Shown piece after piece: positions 1-9,555 of a stretch of DNA of 29,276 nucleotides. A program made the position numbers and the translations under genes. The DNA comes from Hylemonella sp. Lineage in GTDB: Bacteria; Pseudomonadota; Gammaproteobacteria; Burkholderiales; Burkholderiaceae_C. The notes under the pieces were generated by a model, which saw only the letters and a program-made list of their open reading frames with translations, did not search any database and was not told the origin of the DNA. Position 1 is the stretch's first letter. Every line of letters starts with the position of its first letter. The stretch is taken from the NCBI GenBank assembly GCA_044376885.1, contig JBILKC010000001.1, positions 1-29,276 on the forward strand. The letters are read 5' to 3'.

Positions 1-492
1 GAAGTGTTCAAACCAGACTCCGGCCAGTAATACCGTCAAGAGGAAGCCAAATGAACCCCATAACCGGACCCGGCCATAGCGCTTGGCATCAAAAGTACCG
101 CTGCTGCTCACCAGATGCGCCATGGCGGCCTCACTCATGGGCATCATGGCACTGGTGTGCATGAACATGAAAAACAACACAGCAGCAAGCCAGAGTAAAC
201 CGCCGTCCAGCCACAGTCCTGCAGAAATCAGCAGGGACACTGTTGCGCTGTAACGCAAGAGCTTGACACGCTCGCCGGTGTGGTCACTGAGCCAGCCCCA
301 ACCATAAGGTGCGATCAGGCGGGTGGACGCTTGAACCGAGGTCAGCAGGCTAATGGCAAAAATGCTTAAACCCTGGTCCTGCAACCACAGGGGCAGGTAG
401 GGATTGAAAAAACCGATGTGTGCGAAGTAGCTGGCTGAAAGGGCTGCGAATGGAACAAGCTGGCTGCGAGAAATCCGCACGGATGGGTTCAC
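1..492 (-). CDS. MFS transporter (HcaT/MFS_1-like), 3' part runs off the window edge
   Basis: Not in the ORF track; translated by hand. Open frame from GTG 492 (or GTG 480) to base 1: ...FAALSASYFAHIGFFNPYLPLWLQDQGLS...WGWLSDHTG...RYGRVRLWGSFGF. Hydrophobic, with the YGRVRLWGS motif. Confidence 0.85.
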   Translation of the reverse strand, partial: MNPSVRISRSQLVPFAALSASYFAHIGFFNPYLPLWLQDQGLSIFAISLLTSVQASTRLIAPYGWGWLSDHTGERVKLLRYSATVSLLISAGLWLDGGLLWLAAVLFFMFMHTSAMMPMSEAAMAHLVSSSGTFDAKRYGRVRLWGSFGFLLTVLLAGVWFEHF

Positions 493-501
493 CCGGACAA
501 C

Positions 502-690
502 CTACTTCTTGTCACTCCACAGCTGTCCGGCAGTCGCCCAATCCGATTTCTTGATGTCTGTCAGGATCACGTCCACCGAGTCCGGCGATGAGCCAAGCGT
601 CTTGACTGCGGCTTCCGTGAGTGCTTTGACAAAATCCCGTTTCTGCTCCGGGGTACGACCTTCGAACATCTCGACGCGAATGGTTGGCAT
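502..690 (-). CDS. 4-oxalocrotonate tautomerase family protein
   Basis: 62 aa; Pro directly after Met (MPTIRVEMFEGRTPEQKR); SD-like AAAGGA upstream. Confidence 0.9.
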   Translation of the reverse strand: MPTIRVEMFEGRTPEQKRDFVKALTEAAVKTLGSSPDSVDVILTDIKKSDWATAGQLWSDKK

Positions 691-750
691 ATCTGATTCC
701 TTTGGATAAAAAGCTGTTTTATTTAGGACTGGCTGTGTTGATCGCCAGCA

Positions 751-1845
751 TCAGGGTTGACCTGGGACAGGACCGACAGCCAGACTCACGTCTGCACATT
801 GGGCCCGGTGCCGCAAGGCATGTTCCATCACCACCAGGGCCAGCATGGCCTCGGCAATCGGTGTGGCGCGAATGCCCACACAGGGGTCGTGCCGCCCCTT
901 GGTCACCACTTGCGTGCTGTTGCCGTTGGTATCGATAGACTCGCGTGGCGAGATGATGGAACTGGTTGGCTTGATCGCAATCGAGACCTCCAGGTCCTGA
1001 CCGGTGCTGATGCCCCCGAGCACACCCCCGGCATTGTTGGACAAAAACCCCCGAGGTGAGATTGAATCGCCATGAACAGTGCCACGTTGGCTGACACTGG
1101 CAAAGCCGGCACCGATCTCGACACCCTTGACGGCGTTGATGCCCATCATTGCAAACGCAATGTCAGCATCGAGTTTGTCAAACAAGGGCTCGCCAAGACC
1201 CACGGGCATGTTGGAGGCAGTCACCCGGATACGGGCACCACAAGAATCGCCTGCCTTACGCAAGGCATCCATATAGTCCTCAAGATGCGTGACTTCTGCC
1301 ACCGGCGCATAAAAGGGATTGTTTGTCACATGGTCCCAGGAGTGAAATGGAATAGCAATGTCGCCGATAGCTGTCATACAGCCTCTGAATTGAATGCCAT
1401 ATTTTTCCAGCAACCATTTCTTGGCCACTGCACCTGCTGCGACCATGGGAGCGGTAAGCCGGGCAGATGAACGGCCGCCGCCACGCGGGTCCCTGATGCC
1501 GTATTTGTGCCAGTAGCTGTAGTCGGCGTGCCCGGGGCGAAACGTTTGCAGGATATTGCCATAGTCCTTGCTGCGCTGGTCGGTGTTTTTGATGAGTAGG
1601 CAAATCGGTGTTCCCGTCGTCTTGCCCTCATACACGCCAGAGAGAATTTCCACCGCATCGGGTTCGTTGCGTTGGGTGACATGCCGGCTGGTTCCGGGGC
1701 GCCGACGGTCCAGATCTGGCTGGATATCTGCTTCACTTAAGCTCATGCCCGGGGGGCAACCATCAATGACACAGCCTATAGCCGGACCGTGGGACTCCCC
1801 AAAATTCGTGACGGCAAAGAGATTTCCGAAGGTATTTCCGCTCAT
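751..1845 (-). CDS. aroC: Chorismate synthase
   Basis: [27 protein letters not shown] and GRHDPCV motifs. Start moved from 1902 to ATG 1845. Confidence 0.97.
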   Translation of the reverse strand: MSGNTFGNLFAVTNFGESHGPAIGCVIDGCPPGMSLSEADIQPDLDRRRPGTSRHVTQRNEPDAVEILSGVYEGKTTGTPICLLIKNTDQRSKDYGNILQTFRPGHADYSYWHKYGIRDPRGGGRSSARLTAPMVAAGAVAKKWLLEKYGIQFRGCMTAIGDIAIPFHSWDHVTNNPFYAPVAEVTHLEDYMDALRKAGDSCGARIRVTASNMPVGLGEPLFDKLDADIAFAMMGINAVKGVEIGAGFASVSQRGTVHGDSISPRGFLSNNAGGVLGGISTGQDLEVSIAIKPTSSIISPRESIDTNGNSTQVVTKGRHDPCVGIRATPIAEAMLALVVMEHALRHRAQCADVSLAVGPVPGQP

Positions 1846-1860
1846 GGGGACATTATCCCA
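1846..1860 (-). promoter_or_regulatory. Candidate extended -10 element directly before the aroC start (leaderless-type)
   Basis: Minus strand reads TGG-GATAAT-GTCCCC-ATG; no SD. Confidence 0.45.
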
Positions 1861-1921
1861 GAGCGGCACGTGCAGGGGTGAACACGTCTTGCGCAGCCGC
1901 AAGCTGCGGTGTCAAGCGTGA

Positions 1922-2377
1922 CTAATTGGAGGTGGCGTCGTTGTCTTGCGGCCAATCGCGTATGTAGGCCTTGAGCATCTGATTCTCGAAGTTCTGGCTC
2001 TCAACCACCGATTTGGCAACGTCATAAAAACTGATCACGCCCATGAGTATTTTTTGGTCCATGACGGGCATGTAGCGGGCATGGCGCTCCAGCATCATGC
2101 GGCGAACTTCATCTATTTCAGTCTCCATGCCGCAGGTCAAAGGGGAGCTGTCCATGGCAAGCGCAACCTGGGTGGTCCCGATGCTGTGCTTGTTCTTGAC
2201 CAGGGCTTGAATAACCTCGCGAAAGGTCAACATGCCGACCAATTCGCCGCGGGACATCACCACCAGCGAGCCTATGTCTTTTTCTGCCATCAACTCTACT
2301 GCGCCGGCCAGTGGCTCATCAGGGTGCACGGTATACAGGGTATTGCCCTTGACTCGAAGAATATCGCTGACTTTCAT
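1922..2377 (-). CDS. Tandem CBS-domain protein
   Basis: MKVSDILRVKG...AVELMAEKDIGSLVV...GVISFYDV; SD GAGGAG upstream. Confidence 0.9.
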   Translation of the reverse strand: MKVSDILRVKGNTLYTVHPDEPLAGAVELMAEKDIGSLVVMSRGELVGMLTFREVIQALVKNKHSIGTTQVALAMDSSPLTCGMETEIDEVRRMMLERHARYMPVMDQKILMGVISFYDVAKSVVESQNFENQMLKAYIRDWPQDNDATSN

Positions 2378-2454
2378 GGTGAACTCCTCACAGGATAAGT
2401 GTTGTTCTTTCTGTTGAAATATAGCCCATCCTAACCTTGATGCGAAGTTTTCTT

Positions 2455-3774
2455 ATGGCTGGCTATTCTGACCCTGGCTTTGACACACTGGCACTGCATG
2501 CCGGTGCCAGTCCCGACCCCGCCACCGGGGCGCGGGCCGTGCCTATTCACCTGACCACCAGCTTTGTCTTTGAATCCAGCGACCATGCAGCCGCCTTGTT
2601 CAATCTGGAGCGGGCCGGCCATGTGTACAGCCGGATCAGCAACCCGACCAACGCCGTGCTGGAGCAGCGGGTGGCTGCCCTGGAGGGTGGCATCGGCGCC
2701 ATCGCAGTGGCTAGTGGCCAGGCGGCCCTGCACTTGAGCATTGCCACCCTCATGGGTGCGGGCTCACACATCGTCGCCAGCACTGCGCTGTATGGCGGCT
2801 CGCAAAATCTTCTGCACTACACGCTGCGCCGTTTCGGGATAGAAACGACTTTTGTCAAGCCCGGTGACACCGACGCCTGGCTGGCAGCCGTTCGCCCCAA
2901 CACCAAATTGTTTTTTGGGGAAACTGTGGGTAACCCGGGGCTTGATGTGCTGGATATACCCACCATCAGTGAGGCAGCACATCAGGCAGGGGTGCCATTG
3001 CTGGTGGACTCCACCCTGACCTCCCCCTGGCTCATCAAGCCTTTTGAGCTGGGTGCCGACCTGGTCTACCACTCCGCCACAAAGTTTCTCAGCGGGCACG
3101 GCACCGTCATTGGGGGTGTGGTGCTTGATGGCGGCAGTTTCGATTGGGAGTCCGCACGAGACGCACAAGGTAAACCCCGGTTTGCCGAGTTGTGCCAAGC
3201 CTACGACGGCTTTCACCAAATGGTGTTCACCGAAGAGTCCACCGTTGGCGCTTTTCTGCTGCGGGCACGCCGCGAAGGCTTGCGGGACTTTGGCGCCTGC
3301 ATGAGCCCCCACACTGCGTGGCTGATACTGCAAGGCATTGAAACCTTGCCGCTGCGCATGGCGCGGCATATGAGTAACACTGAAAAGGTGGTTGCCTTCC
3401 TGGCCAGTCAGGCTTTTGTGTCGCGAATTGGTCACCCCTTGATGGAAAACCACAGCAGCCATGCCTTGGCAAAGAAATTGCTCCCCAAGGGGGCAGGATC
3501 GGTATTTAGCTTCGATATCAAGGGGAGCCGGGAACAAGGCAAAAAATTCATTGAAAGCCTGAAAATATTCAGCCATCTGGCCAATGTGGGCGACTGCCGG
3601 AGCCTGGTGATTCACCCGGCAAGTACCACCCACTTCCGCATGAGTGACGAGGCTTTGGCAGCAGCGGGCATTTCACAGGGCACTATCCGCCTGTCCATCG
3701 GCCTCGAAGATCCGGACGACCTGATTGACGATTTGAAGCGCGCCCTGAAGGCGGCAGAAAAGGCAGGTGCGTGA
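2455..3774 (+). CDS. metY: O-acetylhomoserine aminocarboxypropyltransferase (MetY/CysK-Met family PLP enzyme)
   Basis: FDTLALHAG, YSRISNPT, PLP-lysine motif HSATKFLSGHG, HLANVGD, IRLSIGLED. Start taken at ATG 2455. Confidence 0.88.
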   Translation: MAGYSDPGFDTLALHAGASPDPATGARAVPIHLTTSFVFESSDHAAALFNLERAGHVYSRISNPTNAVLEQRVAALEGGIGAIAVASGQAALHLSIATLMGAGSHIVASTALYGGSQNLLHYTLRRFGIETTFVKPGDTDAWLAAVRPNTKLFFGETVGNPGLDVLDIPTISEAAHQAGVPLLVDSTLTSPWLIKPFELGADLVYHSATKFLSGHGTVIGGVVLDGGSFDWESARDAQGKPRFAELCQAYDGFHQMVFTEESTVGAFLLRARREGLRDFGACMSPHTAWLILQGIETLPLRMARHMSNTEKVVAFLASQAFVSRIGHPLMENHSSHALAKKLLPKGAGSVFSFDIKGSREQGKKFIESLKIFSHLANVGDCRSLVIHPASTTHFRMSDEALAAAGISQGTIRLSIGLEDPDDLIDDLKRALKAAEKAGA

Positions 3775-4595
3775 TGGAACTGCTTGTCAACGGCAACAAG
3801 ACCTACTGCTACACCGGTGGCAAAGCATTCAGGGCCGATCAACCCACCGTCGTTTTTATTCATGGCGTGCTCAACGACCACAGCGTCTGGATTCTGCAAA
3901 GTCGCTACCTGGCGAATCATGGCTGGAATGTGCTGGCCGTGGACTTGCCTGGTCATTGCCGCAGTGGCGGCGATGCACCGGCAAGTGTGGAAGCGGCGGC
4001 CCGCTTCATCGCTGAATTGCTGGATGCGGCAAGTGTTGAAAACGCCGCTTTGATTGGACACAGCTGGGGCTCGTTGATCGCACTGCAAGCCGCTTCCGAG
4101 CTGAAAGCGCGCGTGAGCCATTTGGTCCTGGTGGGAACAGCCTACCCCATGAAGGTGTCCCAGGCGCTGCTGGACGCCTCACGCAATGAGCCCATGAAGG
4201 CTTTGGGCATGATCAACTCCTTCTCGCGCAGCACATTGGCACCGCCACCCTCGGTACTTGGGCCTGGCACCTGGGTTTATGGCGCCAGCATGGCATTGGG
4301 ACGGCGGGTATTGGCAAGTAACAAAAGCGTCAATGTGTTCCACCGTGGCTTCAAAGCCTGTGACAGCTACGACAACGGCGAAGAAGCCATCGCGCAAGTC
4401 TCTTGCCCGGTGCTGTTCCTGCTCGGTCAAGCCGACCAGATGACCCAGGCCAAAGCCGCTCAAGGGCTGATCGCCCAGGCGCTCAAGTCTGGCAAACGGC
4501 TCAAGGTTGTCCAGCTCAAGGTCGGACACCACCAAATGGCTGAAGACCCGGAGCAAACGCTGTTTGCGATCCGTGATTTTTTAGGGATTGTTTGA
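3774..4595 (+). CDS. Alpha/beta hydrolase
   Basis: FIHG, VDLPGHC, nucleophile elbow GHSWG, GQADQMT, GHHQM. TGATG overlap with the metY stop. Confidence 0.88.
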   Translation: MELLVNGNKTYCYTGGKAFRADQPTVVFIHGVLNDHSVWILQSRYLANHGWNVLAVDLPGHCRSGGDAPASVEAAARFIAELLDAASVENAALIGHSWGSLIALQAASELKARVSHLVLVGTAYPMKVSQALLDASRNEPMKALGMINSFSRSTLAPPPSVLGPGTWVYGASMALGRRVLASNKSVNVFHRGFKACDSYDNGEEAIAQVSCPVLFLLGQADQMTQAKAAQGLIAQALKSGKRLKVVQLKVGHHQMAEDPEQTLFAIRDFLGIV

Positions 4596-4679
4596 TATGA
4601 AATCTTTTGGCATGCTGAATGGGCAAAGCACGGTTTTACCTATCGATATGATCCAACCCTCACTTTTTCGGAGTCCCCT

Positions 4680-5615
4680 GTGAATCAACTCAGTGCTTCA
4701 GCCACCGGCGTCTACCTGATCGCAGTGACACCTTTCTCCGACAGCGGTGAACTGGACCTGAAAAGCACCGACAGCATGGTCGATTTTTATCTGGACTGCG
4801 GCGTCAACGGCCTGACGGTTCTTGGCATCATGGGTGAGGCCACCAAGCTGACCGCGGAAGAATCAGCTACCTTTGTCAAAAGGGTCTTGGCCAGGGTGGC
4901 AGGTCGTGTGCCGGTGGTGGTTGGTGCGTCTGCGCCCGGCTTTGCACCCATGAAAGAACTCACGCATAGCGTCATGTCACTCGGCGCTGCCGGTGTCATG
5001 GTGGCGCCTCCCTCATCGGTCCGTACGGACGATCAGATCGTTCAGTACTTTGACATGGTCAATGAAACCCTGGGCAAGGATGTGCCTTGGGTGTTGCAGG
5101 ATCACCCGGTCTCAACGGGCGTGCAGATGTCCACCGCTGTCATCCTGCGAATCCTTAAAAATTCCCCGACATGCGTGATGCTCAAGCACGAGGATTGCCC
5201 CGGCTTGGCCAAGCTTAGTGCCATCCGTGCTGCCAGTGACAAGGGCGAACTGGCCCGGGTGTCTATCCTCACCGGAAATGGTGGCGGTTTGTTTTTGCCC
5301 GAAGAGCTCATCCGCGGCGCAGACGGTGCCATGACCGGCTTTGCCTACCCGGAGATGATGGTGGAGGTGTGCAAGGCACATGCCAGCGGCTATACCGAAA
5401 GAGCACAGGATATTTTCGATGCCTACCTGCCCCTGGCACGTTATGAACAGCAGGCAGGTATCGGCCTGGCGGTACGCAAGCACATCATGGCCGAGCGCGG
5501 TGTTATTGCCAGCGCAGCGATACGCAGACCCGGCCCCAAGTTGTTAGCCATGGACATTGCCGATATTGCACGCCTGACTAAGCGTCAAAACAAACGCCTG
5601 GCAGAGCTTGCCTGA
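4680..5615 (+). CDS. Dihydrodipicolinate synthase-like (DapA/NAL superfamily) enzyme with non-canonical active site
   Basis: TPFSDSGELD, GIMGE, LQDHP, MLKHED, GADGAMTG; GTG start with GGAG SD. Confidence 0.88.
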   Translation: MNQLSASATGVYLIAVTPFSDSGELDLKSTDSMVDFYLDCGVNGLTVLGIMGEATKLTAEESATFVKRVLARVAGRVPVVVGASAPGFAPMKELTHSVMSLGAAGVMVAPPSSVRTDDQIVQYFDMVNETLGKDVPWVLQDHPVSTGVQMSTAVILRILKNSPTCVMLKHEDCPGLAKLSAIRAASDKGELARVSILTGNGGGLFLPEELIRGADGAMTGFAYPEMMVEVCKAHASGYTERAQDIFDAYLPLARYEQQAGIGLAVRKHIMAERGVIASAAIRRPGPKLLAMDIADIARLTKRQNKRLAELA

Positions 5616-5678
5616 GATTTCCTCAAAAGCTGACCGAACCCATCCCCTGATACCAGCCCTGACTGTTTGGACCCACTT

Positions 5679-6401
5679 ATGAACACCACCATCGACATGA
5701 CCCTTGAACCTGAGGTGGTTGAGATCCTCTCCAAGGTGACCACCGCCACCCTGACCACCATCCTGCTCAAAAAGGGACTGCGCAATGTCTGGCTACGAGG
5801 TACCCGCCCCCTGCAATCCGGCCAACCCAGGCTGGTCGGCCGCGCCTTTACCTTGCGATTTGTCCCTGCTCGTGAAGATCTCGCGACACCCGAGTCTTGG
5901 TCATCGCCCATCTCCACCCGGGCAGCCATTGAGGCCATGCCTGCTGGTTGCATCACTGTCGTCGACGCCATGGGCGTCACCGATGCCGGAATTTTTGGCG
6001 ACATTCTTTGCGCGCGCATGGTCAAACGCGGCGTCTCGGCGCTGATCACCGACGGCGTGGTACGCGATGTGGCAGGCGTGCTGGGTACGAAGCTGCCGGT
6101 GTGGTGTCGTGGTGCGGCAGCGCCGCCTTCTGTGGCGGGTTTAACTTTTGTCGACTGGCAGCGTCCGATTGGCTGCGGCGGTGTGGCGGTGTTTCCGGGC
6201 GATGTAGTGGTGGTGGACGACGATGGTGCAGTGCTCATCCCTGCGGCCTTTTTGCAGGATATGCTGAAACTCGCACCCGAACAGGAACGCATGGAAGCCT
6301 GGATCATGGAGGAAGTGAACCGGGGTGCGGCGCTACCCGGGCTGTACCCCATGAATGCACAAACCAAGGAACGGTATCAGGCCGCCCAGCCAAAGCGCTG
6401 A
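5679..6401 (+). CDS. RraA-like / HMG-CHA aldolase family protein
   Basis: LVGRAFTLRF, AGIFGDIL, LITDGVVRD, VFPGDVVVVDDDGAVLIP. Start uncertain (5667, 5679 or 5697). Confidence 0.85.
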   Translation: MNTTIDMTLEPEVVEILSKVTTATLTTILLKKGLRNVWLRGTRPLQSGQPRLVGRAFTLRFVPAREDLATPESWSSPISTRAAIEAMPAGCITVVDAMGVTDAGIFGDILCARMVKRGVSALITDGVVRDVAGVLGTKLPVWCRGAAAPPSVAGLTFVDWQRPIGCGGVAVFPGDVVVVDDDGAVLIPAAFLQDMLKLAPEQERMEAWIMEEVNRGAALPGLYPMNAQTKERYQAAQPKR

Positions 6402-6487
6402 AGCAAAGCAAGAGCCGATTGATAAAGCATTTTCATGAGGGACTCTCCCGGGCTGGGCATCCCGCCCCCAAGAAAACGCTACGCTAT

Positions 6488-7699
6488 TTATAGCACCTGA
6501 CGTAACATTAACGTGGGTAAACCCGTGCTTTTCCAAAGTGCCTCAACAGCGGGCGTGCGCTCCAGCAGCAAGCGCTCAAGCAAGGGTGCCAGCGGTGTAT
6601 TGTCGGGGTCAGCGAGCAAAACATAGCGACGATTGGGTTCGTCCTCGTCCTGGAGCAGTTGCACCCAGTCAAGCCCGGCAAGGGCTTCCATCACCGGCTC
6701 AAGTTGAAGCCCGTCCACCTTCAACCGTTGCGCCAGATCAGATGCCGTTTTGCCTTTTTCCGGCGTCTGACGGCACAAATACAGCTGCTGCAATACCTCC
6801 AGAGAGAGCTGGAATTGCCCGCCATGGGCACTGATCCGTCGTCGAACGCCCTCCAGCAAACTTGGCAAGTAAGCCGTAATCACGGCACCCAGCAGCACGA
6901 TCACCCAGGCTACATAGATCCAAATCAGCAAAATGGGTACAGTGGCAAAAGCGCCGTAGACCACGGAGTAGGTGGGGACCAGGCCCAGATAGAAAGCCAG
7001 CAGTTTTTTGGCAAGTTCAATTCCTGCAGAGGCGAATAAACCTCCCAACCACGCATGACGCCACTTCACCTGGGTATTGGGCACGAAGTAGTAAGTTGCT
7101 GCCATACCGCCTGCCACCATGGCAAATTCCAGCGTATCGAGCAAGAATCGCAAACCGCCGGGCATGGACCCGACCACATCTTTGGAACTGGAAATGACAT
7201 ACGAGGTCATGGTCAGGCTAGCCCCAAGCAGCAGCGGCCCCAGCGTGATGGCGGTCCAGTACACCAGCAAACGTTGACCAAAAGGCCGGGGGCGTCGAAC
7301 GCGCCAGATGCTGTTGAGTGTTTTGTCGATGGTAAAGACCAGAGTCAAGGCCGTGGTGAAGAGGATGGCCACACCCGCGGCACCGAGCTTGCTGGCTTTA
7401 CCCGAAAATTGGGTCAGGTAACCCAGGACCTGGCGAGCAATGTTGTCGGGGATCAAACTCTCAATGAGCCACTTTTGCAGGACGTCCTGCAGCTTGGCAA
7501 ACATAGGAAATGCGGTAAACACGGCCAACGCCACCGTGAGCAGGGGAACCAGGGCGATGGTGGTGGTGAAGGTCAGACTGCCAGCAGTCAAGCCCAGGCG
7601 GTCTTCACGGAAACGCTCGCGCAAGGTAATGGCTGTGGTTTTCCAAGGAAAACGTGACAAGCTGTCGGCAAAAGCATCTAAGCGCGCGGTCAAGGTCAT
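6488..7699 (-). CDS. YihY/BrkB-family inner-membrane protein with C-terminal winged-helix-like extension
   Basis: AGSLTFTTTIALVP, YSVVYGAFATVPILLIWIYVAW; C-terminal ASDLAQRLKV...LAGLDWV segment. Confidence 0.9.
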   Translation of the reverse strand: MTLTARLDAFADSLSRFPWKTTAITLRERFREDRLGLTAGSLTFTTTIALVPLLTVALAVFTAFPMFAKLQDVLQKWLIESLIPDNIARQVLGYLTQFSGKASKLGAAGVAILFTTALTLVFTIDKTLNSIWRVRRPRPFGQRLLVYWTAITLGPLLLGASLTMTSYVISSSKDVVGSMPGGLRFLLDTLEFAMVAGGMAATYYFVPNTQVKWRHAWLGGLFASAGIELAKKLLAFYLGLVPTYSVVYGAFATVPILLIWIYVAWVIVLLGAVITAYLPSLLEGVRRRISAHGGQFQLSLEVLQQLYLCRQTPEKGKTASDLAQRLKVDGLQLEPVMEALAGLDWVQLLQDEDEPNRRYVLLADPDNTPLAPLLERLLLERTPAVEALWKSTGLPTLMLRQVL

Positions 7700-7719
7700 G
7701 CCGCTATGATGCCACCTCC
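7700..7719. promoter_or_regulatory. Overlapping divergent -10-like elements between yihY and the DUF2069 gene
   Basis: 20-nt spacer. Minus strand TGG-CATCAT-AGCGGC-ATG; plus strand TATGAT (7705-7710), 9 nt, ATG 7720. Confidence 0.4.
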
Positions 7720-8130
7720 ATGAACCACAACACTTCTTTACGCAACCCGGTGCACCTCACGCGTGTGCTTGCGGTGGGCAGCCTGCTCGGCCTGATCATT
7801 CTCGGACTGGCCTGGGAACTTTATCTGGCACCCGTCAAGCCTGGCGGCTCCCTGCTGGCGCTCAAAGTGCTGCCTTTGTGCATTCCACTGGCCGGCTTGC
7901 TGAAAAACCGCATGTACACCTACCGCTGGCTCAGCCTGATCATCTGGCTGTATTTCACCGAAGGGGTGGTGCGTGCGGCCTCGGATCGCGCGCCAAGCGC
8001 TTACCTGGCGGGTATTGAGGTGCTGTTGTGTCTGGTGCTGTTTGTTGCTTGCTCGCTGCATGTTAGGCTACGTTTCAAAAATATCAACCATGCACTGAAA
8101 ACAGAAACTTCTTCCCTGCCCCCACCATGA
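7720..8130 (+). CDS. DUF2069-like membrane protein
   Basis: LAWELYLAP, LKVLPLCIPLAGL, YTYRWLSLIIWLYFTEGVVRA. Start moved from 7654 (which overlaps yihY) to ATG 7720. Confidence 0.8.
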   Translation: MNHNTSLRNPVHLTRVLAVGSLLGLIILGLAWELYLAPVKPGGSLLALKVLPLCIPLAGLLKNRMYTYRWLSLIIWLYFTEGVVRAASDRAPSAYLAGIEVLLCLVLFVACSLHVRLRFKNINHALKTETSSLPPP

Positions 8131-9548
8131 ACGCTTATCAAGAACTGCTTGAATCTTTGCGCAGCATTACCGGTGCTGCCCACGTGTTGACCGAAGGCGA
8201 CCTCACCGCCTGGGAACTGGACTGGCGCAAGCGTGAACGCGGCAAGGCGCTGGCTGTTGTTCGTCCCTCATCCACCCCCGAAGTCGCAGCGATAGTCAAG
8301 GCCTGTGCAGCCGCCGGTGTCAGTATCGTTCCGCAAGGTGGCAATACCGGTATGGTGGTGGGCTCTACACCGGACGCCAGCGGAACCCAGGTGGTGCTGA
8401 GCCTGACCCGCATGAACCGGGTGCGCAACCTTGACTCAGGCAACCTGACCATCACCGTTGATGCCGGTTGTGTGCTGCAAACCCTGCAAGAGACTTGCGA
8501 GAAAGCCGGTTTTTTGTTCCCTTTGAGTCTGGCCTCAGAAGGCAGTTGCACCATCGGTGGCAACCTGGGAACCAACGCAGGCGGCACGCAGGTGGTGCGC
8601 TATGGCAATACACGTGAGCTCTGCCTTGGGCTGGAGGTGGTCACGGCGCAAGGCGAGATCTGGAGCGGCCTGACAGGCCTGCGCAAAGACAACACCGGTT
8701 ATGACCTGCGGCATTTGTTTATCGGGTCCGAAGGGACCTTGGGCATCATCACAGGCGCGACCATGAAGCTTTACCCGCTGCCCACATCGCAGCTCACCGC
8801 CATGGCTGCCGTGCCGTCGCTGGATGCGGCGGTGGAATTGCTGGGACTGGCGCATCGGCACCTGGCCTCTGGCCTAACGGGCTTTGAAGTGATGGGACAG
8901 TTCGCCCTGAGCCTGGTGGTCAAGCATTTCCCGCAGCAACGCGTGCCCCTGTACCAGCAGACACCTTACTGTGTCGTTCTTGAAAATTCGGGCTACGAGT
9001 CGGAGGAACATTCGCGCACCCAGTTCGAGCGTCTACTCGAAGCCGCCATGGAATCGGGCTGTGTGACCGATGCGGTAGTGGCCGAAAGCATCACCCAGGC
9101 CCGGGCGCTGTGGCACATCCGCGAAAGCATTCCGCTGGCGCAAGCGGAAGAGGGCTTGAACATCAAACACGACATTTCAATTTCGGTGTCGCGCATTCCG
9201 GCCTTCGTTGATGAGACCAACGCCTTGCTGCTCAAGGCCTTCCCTGGTGCACGACTGGTCACCTACGGTCATTTGGGCGACGGTAATCTGCACTACAACG
9301 TTCAGGCGCCGGAACACGATGATCAGGCGCGGTTTCTCAACGAAGAAGAGGCCCCCATGAATGCGCTGGTTTATGAAGTGGTTGACCGCTACAACGGCTC
9401 CATATCCGCCGAGCACGGTATCGGCAGCCTCAAAGTCGAGAAACTGGAACACCACAAGTCCCCTGTTGCCATGGACCTGATGCGCAGTATCAAAAAGGCA
9501 CTGGATCCCCACAACTTGATGAACCCCGGGCGGATGCTCAGAGGGTAA
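8127..9548 (+). CDS. FAD-binding oxidoreductase, D-2-hydroxyacid dehydrogenase (GlcD/D2HGDH-like)
   Basis: [51 protein letters not shown]; ATGA overlap with upstream gene. Confidence 0.92.
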   Translation: MNAYQELLESLRSITGAAHVLTEGDLTAWELDWRKRERGKALAVVRPSSTPEVAAIVKACAAAGVSIVPQGGNTGMVVGSTPDASGTQVVLSLTRMNRVRNLDSGNLTITVDAGCVLQTLQETCEKAGFLFPLSLASEGSCTIGGNLGTNAGGTQVVRYGNTRELCLGLEVVTAQGEIWSGLTGLRKDNTGYDLRHLFIGSEGTLGIITGATMKLYPLPTSQLTAMAAVPSLDAAVELLGLAHRHLASGLTGFEVMGQFALSLVVKHFPQQRVPLYQQTPYCVVLENSGYESEEHSRTQFERLLEAAMESGCVTDAVVAESITQARALWHIRESIPLAQAEEGLNIKHDISISVSRIPAFVDETNALLLKAFPGARLVTYGHLGDGNLHYNVQAPEHDDQARFLNEEEAPMNALVYEVVDRYNGSISAEHGIGSLKVEKLEHHKSPVAMDLMRSIKKALDPHNLMNPGRMLRG

Positions 9549-9555
9549 TTTGGCC

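Noticed and set aside
1-492. MFS gene without a stop codon
   Set aside because: It runs off the left edge of the window.
1846-1902. N-terminal extensions in the ORF track (aroC, metY, DUF2069, EamA, folA, glnA, DUF1269, HAD)
   Set aside because: They arise from longest-ORF calling; conserved N-termini, SD positions or stop/start overlaps support the shorter starts.
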